Below, in pieces: positions 25,600-32,000 of a stretch of 32,000 nucleotides of DNA (positions within the stretch are counted from its first letter, which is position 1; the number at the start of each line of letters is the position of its first letter). The stretch is from contig CP091279.1 in the NCBI GenBank assembly GCA_021650915.1, forward strand, positions 570,001 through 602,000. Direction: 5' to 3'. The stretch is from Candidatus Brocadia sp. (lineage in GTDB: Bacteria > Planctomycetota > Brocadiia > Brocadiales > Brocadiaceae). The translations under genes and the position numbers were made by a program. Below the pieces are notes generated by a model, which was not told the origin of the DNA, did no database searches, and worked only from the letters and a program-made list of their open reading frames with translations.

Positions 25600-25842
25600 T
25601 TGGGTACCCTGCTTGGTAAACTCATTAGTCTTTACGAAATTGCGTTGCTTATTAGAATCGTACTCTCGTGGGTTCCGCACAATCCCTATAATCAGGCCAT
25701 ACAATTTCTGTATAAAATCACCGACCCTGTGTTAAACCCGGTCAGAAGACTCATTCCTCCTTTCAGAGGCATAGATTTTTCCCCCGTTATTGTGTTTATT
25801 GGTTTGGGTGTTGTTAAACGGATGGTAGGGGGGATGTTTTAG
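25600..25842 (+). CDS. yggT: YggT family membrane protein
   Basis: YEIALLIRIVLSWVPHNPYNQAIQFLYKITDPVLNPVRRLIPPFRGIDFSPVI is the YggT signature. I prefer the TTG at 25600, which lies 7 nt after AAGGAG (25587-25592), over the track's GTG at 25546. Confidence 0.8.
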   Translation: MGTLLGKLISLYEIALLIRIVLSWVPHNPYNQAIQFLYKITDPVLNPVRRLIPPFRGIDFSPVIVFIGLGVVKRMVGGMF

Positions 25843-25864
25843 TTCTCAGTAGTTTTCAAATTTC

Positions 25865-27196
25865 ATGCTACCCATAACTCCGCAGAAGCGCAACAAAATT
25901 ACCTATCCGAATTCCCTGCCGTTGCATTTCCACGGGAAAAAACTTGTTGTTATGGACGTGGATGGAGTCCTGTTTAAAGGACAATTTATTTTACACGTCG
26001 CGCGTTCTCTCGGAATATGGGTCTATATACGCACGGCATTGCTCTGTTTTCTTTTTCACATGGAAAAAATATCGATCCATGAATTGATTACACGGGTATA
26101 CATGCGTTTTCAAGGTGTTTCGCTTGGACAGGCTCAAAGGATTTATGAAAATATTCCTCTGATAAGGTATGCACGGGAAACAATTGAGACGTTACGCACG
26201 CATGGCTATCTGATTGTGCTCATAAGCAGAGGCGTGCCAGACCTCTTTGTAAAAGACCTAGCGGCAAGATTGTCTGCAAATTATGGCTATGGTTTAGAGA
26301 TAGGCACGGACAACGGCCGGTTAACAGGTACGGTGCTTGGGCAGCTTTTAAGACCTGGCGGGAAAAAAATCTTTATTGAGGAGATCCTGAGGAAAAACAA
26401 TCTTTCGTGGCAAAACACCATTGTTCTGGTAGACGACCGTAATAACATCGATATTATGAAGCATGCGGCTGTTATTATTGGGGTTAATGCCCATTATGCC
26501 GTTCGGCAACGGGCACAGTACCTGATTGACAGTGGAGATCTTTCAGAAATGCTGGATATCATGGATATCGAAGATGCCGATTCCTATAAGACGCTGTTTG
26601 CCGGAATGCGTAAACAATTTGCCCATTTCTGGTATCAGGAAATCCGGAGAAAACTCTTGCATATCCTTATTGCGTTCGCACCCGTATGCGCATTTTTTAT
26701 TTATCATACGACGTTGACCGTGCTTTTTTCCCTATTGATTATTTACTTCGTTTCAGAGTGTTTGAGGGTCAATGGATACTCGTTTCCCCTGTTTGGCGGT
26801 ATAACAAGGTCAAGCATCCGTAAGTTGGAGGAACGAGGTTTTGCCTTTGGGCCCATAACCCTGGTGCTGGGCGCCTGTTTCAGTTTGCTGTTTTTTTCAA
26901 ATTCCCTTGCAAGCACCGTTATCTGGATTGTGGCATTCGCTGACACCGCAGCTGCAATTGTTGGGATGCGCCTGGGTAACCATAGAATTCCTTATAATAT
27001 AAAAAAGAGTGTCGAAGGATCGCTTGCTGCCTGGGCCGTTGCTTTTGTTTGCGGATGGATCTATTTGCCCCTCTTGCCGGCCTTAATTACCGCATTCTTT
27101 TCCAGTATTATCGAGTCGTTGCCCCTGAGGTCTCTGGACAATTTGCTCATACCTCTCGGCGCTGGAATAGTGTTGTCGTGTCTTGGATACTCCTAG
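25865..27196 (+). CDS. Fusion protein: N-terminal HAD-IB (SerB-like) phosphatase domain plus C-terminal polytopic CTP-transferase-1 family (dolichol/phytol kinase / CdsA-like) domain
   Basis: The N-terminal part has KLVVMDVDGVLFKG (HAD motif I), LISRG, and LVDDRNNIDIM (motif IV-like). The C-terminal roughly 190 aa has five to six helices and carries FADTAAAIVGMRLGNHRIPYNIKKSVEGSLAAW, the K-S-x-E-G-S block of dolichol/phytol kinases and CdsA. Confidence 0.7.
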   Translation: MLPITPQKRNKITYPNSLPLHFHGKKLVVMDVDGVLFKGQFILHVARSLGIWVYIRTALLCFLFHMEKISIHELITRVYMRFQGVSLGQAQRIYENIPLIRYARETIETLRTHGYLIVLISRGVPDLFVKDLAARLSANYGYGLEIGTDNGRLTGTVLGQLLRPGGKKIFIEEILRKNNLSWQNTIVLVDDRNNIDIMKHAAVIIGVNAHYAVRQRAQYLIDSGDLSEMLDIMDIEDADSYKTLFAGMRKQFAHFWYQEIRRKLLHILIAFAPVCAFFIYHTTLTVLFSLLIIYFVSECLRVNGYSFPLFGGITRSSIRKLEERGFAFGPITLVLGACFSLLFFSNSLASTVIWIVAFADTAAAIVGMRLGNHRIPYNIKKSVEGSLAAWAVAFVCGWIYLPLLPALITAFFSSIIESLPLRSLDNLLIPLGAGIVLSCLGYS

Positions 27197-27302
27197 CGCA
27201 ACGAAACCGTGAGCAAAATATACGTCTTTTTCCCGTTCTTGATAAAATCGAAGTGATGGAGGGGGAAGACTAAAAAGCATTATGAAAAATCCTATTCTGT
27301 CG

Positions 27303-27331
27303 TATAATTCATAGCGCAGCGCAGCCGCAAC
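27303..27331 (+). repeat. Short conserved intergenic module, family 1 copy A (TATAAT-N6-CGCAGCGCAGCCGCAAC)
   Basis: The sequence tataattcatagCGCAGCGCAGCCGCAAC is read directly. It is related to the copies at 29034-29058 and 29146-29170. Confidence 0.8.
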
Positions 27332-27356
27332 CAAATTTCCTTTATGAAAGTGGGGA

Positions 27357-27386
27357 GATTGCTTCGGAAAATGCCCCTCGCAATGG
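27357..27386 (-). repeat. Short conserved hairpin module, family 2 (CATTGCGAG...GAAGCAATC), inverted copy
   Basis: The sequence gattgcttcggaaaatgcccctcgcaatgg, once reverse-complemented, shares its two 9-nt arms with the copy at 28930-28955. The ATTGC and GCAAT arms can pair. Confidence 0.7.
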
Positions 27387-27524
27387 TAATATGAAAAAGC
27401 AGCGTCCTTCCAAGGAGGTTAAAAAGCCTTGAATAGGCGATAACCTTTTGTGATATTAAATATCATAAAGGCTTTAGACCACCAATTAAGGTGGTAAGTC
27501 TTTAAACCTTGGAAAGGAGGCTGT

Positions 27525-28536
27525 ATGATAAAGTATATAGGATTGGATGCACATTCGTCAACATGTACATTCAATGTGACGGATGAAAGAGGGAGGGAAG
27601 TAGACAACACTACGATTGAGAGCAATGGTCGGCTTTTGGTGAAGTACTTGAGGGGAGTGGAGGGTGTTAAGAAACTGACCTTTGAAGAGTGTGAATTAAG
27701 CAACTGGCTGTATGAGATATTGAGACCAGAAGTAGATGAGTTGATCGTATGCAATCCAGTAGCAAACGGAGACTACAAGAAGAAAAAAGACGGACAAGAT
27801 GGATGCCAGGAAGCTGTCGAATCTTTTGCGAGGAGGTTTTCTCGTACCGGTATATCATGATGGTTCAAAGAGGGAGAGGTTAAGGAGTTTAATGTCCGGG
27901 TATCAGGATTTCATTGAAGAGGGTGTGAGGCTAAAGAACCGATACAAATCCTTATTTCGGAAAAGTGGGAAGAAAATCAAAGGTGAAGCGTTATATAACG
28001 ACGAGAGTTTCCTGGAAGGATTAGAGCGAAGAGACTTTCAATTTATTGGCACGCAGATCTATCAGCTTTTAGAGAAGATGGAAGAAGGCAGGCAGGAATA
28101 TGTAAAAGAGATAGTTCGATGCAGTAAGGGATTTAAAGAGATAAAATATCTCAAGAGCATTCCCGGCATTGGGAGTATCCAGGCGGCGAAGATCGTATCA
28201 CAGGTAATAGACCCGGAGAGGTTTAGCAGTAAGTACAAATATTACAGCTACTGTGGGTTGGTGAGGCATAAGAGGATAAGTGATGGGAGGGGATATGGGA
28301 GTGAAAAGATTTGGGGAAATCGGATATTAAAATGCGTATACAAGATGGCAGGACATTCGGTTTTAAAGGGTAAGAGCGGTTTAAGGAACTATTACGATAC
28401 CTTGCGGTTGAAAGGCATCGGTCATGACAATGCCTATAATGCAGTATGTCGTAAGATAGCGGCAATATCTTTAAGCGTGTGGAGGAAGAGTGAGAAATAT
28501 AATGACAGACTGATCACTGGCAATCTAATCAAGTAA
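27525..28536 (+). pseudogene. IS110-family (DEDD) transposase gene split by a frameshift in an A6 run
   Basis: ORF 27525-27860 encodes the N-terminal DEDD domain (IGLDAHSSTCTFNV...). ORF 27799-28536 (+1 frame) encodes the Transposase_20-type C-terminal domain (IPGIGSIQAAKIVSQVIDPERFSS...CGLV). The family motif KTDKMDARKLSNLLRGG is read in the second frame directly after AAGAAGAAAAAAG (A6 at 27783-27788). Deleting one A would fuse the two ORFs into a protein of about 336 aa. Confidence 0.88.
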
Positions 28537-28929
28537 AACAGGGCAAGAGGGCATGAAAGGCTGGTTCGCACCTGTTTTCTTGAGAGAGGGATGAGATCCA
28601 CGTGTCATTGACCCAAAGAGGTCCAACGCAATGGTTGATCCGCCCTCGTTTAAATCGAAAATTACCATGCTCAGCAAAGAGCACCGATAGATGACTGAAA
28701 ACCGATTGCCGAAGGTATTTCAGAGAAGGTAGTAGAAAGAAAACGATAATAATCTGTTTGTCATTCATGCACTCAGGACTTTATGGCTTGATTAGCCTCA
28801 GTTAAGCGGAAGGGACGCATGGCAAGAAAACATTTCTTTGGTTTTTTTGTCAACAGGGATAATATTTTTTCTTGACATGCTTTTTCATAGATGACAGCGA
28901 CCATGCACTTTGATGGTACACTGCACGTT

Positions 28930-28955
28930 GTCATTGCGAGCGAAGCGAAGCAATC
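28930..28955 (+). repeat. Short conserved hairpin module, family 2 (GTCATTGCGAGCGAAGCGAAGCAATC)
   Basis: Read directly. It is in inverted orientation relative to the copy at 27357-27386. It underlies the spurious minus-strand ORF that begins MKDCFASLAMT. Confidence 0.75.
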
Positions 28956-29009
28956 TTTCACTCATAAAAACCGGTACCTCCTGAAAGTGGTTTGTGAAAA
29001 AAACTTACA

Positions 29010-29170
29010 AAAAAAGAAGTTTTTACACCGTAATATTATAACGCAGCACAGCCGCAACTAAAAAAGTTCAACCACAAAGAACGCAAAGTTTTACACAAAG
29101 GTCACAAAGAAAACATAACAGAAAAAAGAAGTTTTTATGAAATGATATTATACCGCAGCACAGCCACAAC
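29010..29170 (+). repeat. Two 49-bp direct-repeat modules with a 112-bp period (family 1 copies B and C)
   Basis: Segments 29010-29058 and 29122-29170 both read AAAAAAGAAGTTTTTA-N8-TATTATA-(A/C)-CGCAGCACAGCC(G/A)CAAC. The 16-nt head is identical in both, and the 17-nt tail differs at one position. Confidence 0.85.
29067..29114 (+). repeat. CACAAAG-word low-complexity module (family 3)
   Basis: The sequence is ttcaaccacaaagaacgcaaagttttacacaaaggtcacaaagaaaac. A related string (cacagaggcacaaagtttatactacagaga) occurs at 15991-16020 upstream of the radical SAM gene. Confidence 0.55.
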
Positions 29171-29236
29171 CAGGTACTCTCTAAAAAGAGGGGGGGAGAT
29201 TTCGGGGTATGTTTAAAACTTACAAAACATTCAATT

Positions 29237-29656
29237 ATGCGTATTCTTGGAATTGATTATGGCGAAAAGCGAATTGGAATGGCAATAAGCGATCCGCTCG
29301 GGATTACCGCGCAGGGATTGCCAACGATAGCATATTCACATATTCAAGAGGCATTGCAAAAGATAATGACCGTTATTTCTGAAAAAGAGGTCGGAGAGAT
29401 CGTTGTTGGCCTACCAAAACACATGAATAATTCGTTGGGCGAAAGCGCGCGGGCGGCGTTGTCTTTTGCGGAACAGTTAAAAAAATGCACGGGAATATCG
29501 GTAAAAACCATCGATGAACGGCTCAGTACAACACGGGCGCACCGGGCTATGCTTGAAGGGAATCTTTCCCGAAAACAGCGGAAGGATCGTGTTGATATGA
29601 TTGCTGCGCAATTGATTTTGCAACACTATTTGGATAGTTTCAGCGCCAACCGATGA
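29237..29656 (+). CDS. ruvX: YqgF/RuvX family putative pre-16S rRNA nuclease (Holliday junction resolvase-like)
   Basis: 139 aa. MRILGIDYGEKRIGMAISDPLGITAQGL and DERLSTTRA are typical YqgF blocks. Confidence 0.9.
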   Translation: MRILGIDYGEKRIGMAISDPLGITAQGLPTIAYSHIQEALQKIMTVISEKEVGEIVVGLPKHMNNSLGESARAALSFAEQLKKCTGISVKTIDERLSTTRAHRAMLEGNLSRKQRKDRVDMIAAQLILQHYLDSFSANR

Positions 29657-30894
29657 TACGAAAAGGCGACATATCAGTCAAAAAACCCGAAATCGTTGCG
29701 CCTGCTGGTGATTTTGAAAAACTGAGAACGGCGATAGAGTTTGGCGCCGATGCCGTTTATGCTGGGGGAGAAGGCTTCAATCTGCGGATGGGAGCTTCGA
29801 ATCTGACGTTACAGGAGATCGGAGAAGCCGCTGATTGGGTTCATCAACGGGGGAGAAAAATTTATATTGCGCTGAACATCTTTGCCCGTAATTATCACAT
29901 TTCCGGTATCCGCTCTTATCTGAAAAGGCTTGCAGCAATCCCGGTGGACGCCGTTATTATTTCGGACCCTGGGGTATTTTTAACGATGAGAGAAATTGCT
30001 CCTCATGTTCCCATTCATCTCAGTACCCAGGCGAACACCACGAATGCACAATCGGTTGAATTTTGGCGCCGGCAGGGTGTGAAACGGGTTGTTCTTGCGC
30101 GGGAATTGACCCTGGGGGAAATTAGGGAGATTACGGACAGGTCTCAGATAGAAACCGAGGTCTTTGTTCACGGTGCGATGTGTATGTCATATTCAGGCCG
30201 CTGTCTCCTGAGCGGATTTATGGCCAACCGGCATGCCAATCTGGGAGACTGCTCCCATTCATGCCGGTGGCACTATGTATTAAAAGAGGAAAAGCGCCCC
30301 CTTGAATCCTATCCAATTGTCGAGGATGAAAGTGGCACCTTTATCCTGAGTTCCAAAGATCTCTGTACGATTCAATACATCCCGGAATTGTTCCATGCCG
30401 GCGTTACGGCGTGGAAAATCGAAGGCCGTATGAAAAGCCCTTATTATGTTGCGGCTGTGACGAGGGTATATCGGGAGGCTTTGGATCGTTATTGTGCTGA
30501 CCCTCATACCTATGTTTGTGACCAGAGATGGTTGTCTGAACTTGAAAAGGTTAGTCACCGGGAATATGGTGTCGGATTCTTTTTCGGAAATCAAGGATAT
30601 CAGAGTCAGACAACACATCCTGGAGACAGGTATCTGAAAGAATATGATTATCTTGGTACGATTCAAAATGTCCTTCCCGATGATATGGCAGAGGTGGTCG
30701 TCAAGAACAGGATTTCGAGTAATACTCCCATAGAAATTATGGGAAGACGTCTAAGCGAAGACTTTACTCAGGTACTGTTGGACATTAGGAATGAATACCA
30801 TGAGTCCATTGAAGTTGCCCAGGCAGGACAAAAGGTGCTGATAAAGATGTCCCGTCCCGTTGAGAAGTATTTTATGCTGAGGAAATGCGGATGA
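29653..30894 (+). CDS. Peptidase U32 family protein with a 4Fe-4S-type cysteine motif (RlhA/TrhP/UbiU-like hydroxylase family)
   Basis: KPEIVAPAGDFEKLRTAIEFGADAVYAGG is the U32 N-terminal pattern. The cysteine spacing is CX6CX15CX3C (CMSYSGRC-LLSGFMANRHANLGD-C-SHS-C, nt 30181-30264). The start overlaps the ruvX stop (ATGA). Confidence 0.85.
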   Translation: MIRKGDISVKKPEIVAPAGDFEKLRTAIEFGADAVYAGGEGFNLRMGASNLTLQEIGEAADWVHQRGRKIYIALNIFARNYHISGIRSYLKRLAAIPVDAVIISDPGVFLTMREIAPHVPIHLSTQANTTNAQSVEFWRRQGVKRVVLARELTLGEIREITDRSQIETEVFVHGAMCMSYSGRCLLSGFMANRHANLGDCSHSCRWHYVLKEEKRPLESYPIVEDESGTFILSSKDLCTIQYIPELFHAGVTAWKIEGRMKSPYYVAAVTRVYREALDRYCADPHTYVCDQRWLSELEKVSHREYGVGFFFGNQGYQSQTTHPGDRYLKEYDYLGTIQNVLPDDMAEVVVKNRISSNTPIEIMGRRLSEDFTQVLLDIRNEYHESIEVAQAGQKVLIKMSRPVEKYFMLRKCG

Positions 30895-31133
30895 AGAAAG
30901 TGGCAAAAAATATTGCAAAGAACACCGGCGGCGTTTGCCTTATCCTCATAGGCTGTATCTTGATTTTTACACCCGGACCTGGGCTCCTCACCATCCTGGC
31001 GGGTTTATATATCACTAGTTTTCCGGGGAAACCTGCGCTCGTTGCCAAGGTGAAAAGGACAAAATTTTACCACCGGTATGTTATGAAGATAGAATCAAAA
31101 ATTAAATCAAAATTTAAGAGAAAGAACGAGTAA
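30885..31133 (+). CDS. Small PGPGW-type transmembrane protein
   Basis: The sequence LILIGCILIFTPGPGLLTILAGLYI carries the PGPG motif between two helices. The start is at 30885 or at the in-frame ATG 30891, which overlaps the U32 stop. Confidence 0.65.
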   Translation: MRMKKVAKNIAKNTGGVCLILIGCILIFTPGPGLLTILAGLYITSFPGKPALVAKVKRTKFYHRYVMKIESKIKSKFKRKNE

Positions 31134-31137
31134 AAGC

Positions 31138-32000
31138 ATGAATAGAAAAAAGCTGCTCTCTCTTGCACTTGCCATTTTTATGACAGGTTGTAGCTCGTCT
31201 CAGTATTTAAAAAAGATGTCCCCTTTTAAAAAAGAAGAGGCAAGTCTTGAGCCCGGCAAGGGATCACAACCGGCTGATGCGCAAAAAAAAGACGATCTCT
31301 TTGTCTGTGCGGGGGATATTGATGTTACGTACAAAAAATTAGGTGAAGTCAGTCTCGGTGAGTACGGTTTTTCCGGGCATGATGTTTTGGCTATCAAAAT
31401 AAGGGAAAAGGCCCGCGCGGTGGGCGCTGAGGCGGTGGTTAACGTTCAATACGACACCGGTGCGTCAAAAACATGGCAAGGGTACGGTGAATTGGGCGGC
31501 ACGGATTATGGGGTAAGATATACATCGTGGTGTAAGGGGATGGCGATACAGTTTATGGAATCCCACAATTCCCTGGGGCTCTTGTCATCTAACCTTACGC
31601 CGGAGAATAAGGAATGGTTTGGTTTAAAAAAAGCACAGCAGGGCGTCATTGTTGTTCATGTTCAGCCTGGGAGTGTTGCATCTGCTGCAGGTATTAAACC
31701 GGAAGACCTCATTGTGGAATGGAACGGGGAAAAGATTGAAAACCGGAATCACCTGAAAAAGCTTATGGAAAGAACTGCCGGCAAAGAAGCCAGGTTAATC
31801 TTGTTGCGTGCAAAAGAAATCAAGACGGTAGCCTTGTCCGTACCGTTAATAACGCATCGTCCGGTTGCCTCGCCAGCGCCGCAGTTACCTGCAACAGAAA
31901 CAAGAACTGAGACCGTGGTAAGCGAAACATCTCATGATGCCCCTCATGATACCAAAAGTACAAATACGCCGGAGGTACATAATGAGATAGGGGATCTTTA
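31138..32000 (+). CDS. Lipoprotein with a YbjQ-like domain and a PDZ domain (3' end lies outside the window)
   Basis: It is not in the ORF track because the frame stays open to the window end. ATG 31138 begins MNRKKLLSLALAIFMTGCSSS, which has a lipobox. GAEAVVNVQYD is YbjQ/heavy-metal-binding-like. GVIVVHVQPGSVASAAGIKPEDLIVEWNGEKIEN is PDZ-like. A Pro/Thr-rich tail follows. Confidence 0.75.
   Translation, partial: MNRKKLLSLALAIFMTGCSSSQYLKKMSPFKKEEASLEPGKGSQPADAQKKDDLFVCAGDIDVTYKKLGEVSLGEYGFSGHDVLAIKIREKARAVGAEAVVNVQYDTGASKTWQGYGELGGTDYGVRYTSWCKGMAIQFMESHNSLGLLSSNLTPENKEWFGLKKAQQGVIVVHVQPGSVASAAGIKPEDLIVEWNGEKIENRNHLKKLMERTAGKEARLILLRAKEIKTVALSVPLITHRPVASPAPQLPATETRTETVVSETSHDAPHDTKSTNTPEVHNEIGDL

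Noticed and set aside
28529-28961. Minus-strand ORFs 28529-28768 and 28773-28961 downstream of the IS110 gene
   Set aside because: They have no RBS. The second is simply the translation of the CATTGCGAG...GCAATC repeat (peptide DCFASLAMT). They are treated as repeat or non-coding sequence.
29010-29170. CRISPR array
   Set aside because: There are only two repeat units. They are 49 bp long with a 112-bp period, they differ internally by 10 nt (mostly an 8-nt variable block), and no cas genes are in the window. This is not CRISPR-like. No other regularly spaced short repeats were seen anywhere in the 32 kb.

Overview
The window reads as a mostly housekeeping chromosomal segment from a moderately AT-rich, anaerobic bacterium. 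The gene content suggests an anammox-type planctomycete (Brocadiales/Kuenenia-like), but that is inference only. The supporting genes are a Tat-exported periplasmic NxrA-type molybdoenzyme, an Rh-type ammonium channel, anaerobic cobalamin (cbi) genes and heme/cytochrome c assembly genes.

I can support about 30 protein-coding genes:
- a SHOCT-repeat protein fragment, an Rh50-like channel and a UPF0016 half-transporter
- trpC, trxA with an FTR-like reductase, and hemA with a HemX/CcsA-like protein
- DUF1858, Nfu, a Cys-rich protein and a MoeB/ThiF-like E1
- cbiL-cbiE-cbiD, a B12-binding radical SAM protein and a lone nxrA-like gene
- sppA, tig, clpP, a PHI-like SIS protein and yggT
- a HAD/polyprenol-kinase-like fusion, ruvX(yqgF), a 4Fe-4S-type U32 protein, a PGPGW protein and a PDZ lipoprotein

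There is also a four-tRNA cluster (Arg-Lys-Leu-Gly). Two mobile elements are present: a group II intron RT/maturase locus and a frameshifted IS110-family transposase. Several promoters and terminators can be read by eye.

I found no CRISPR array and no clear new multi-gene defence system. The most interesting points are:
- the monocistronic, partner-less nxrA-like gene with a repeat-decorated promoter
- the IS110 locus, which has a structured upstream leader (a bridge-RNA candidate) and sits among three families of short conserved intergenic repeats
- the DUF1858-Nfu-CysRich-E1 cluster
- the HAD/kinase fusion
- a heptanucleotide-repeat insertion inside cbiD

All calls come from reading the sequence and from remembered family signatures. 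No searches or computations were run.
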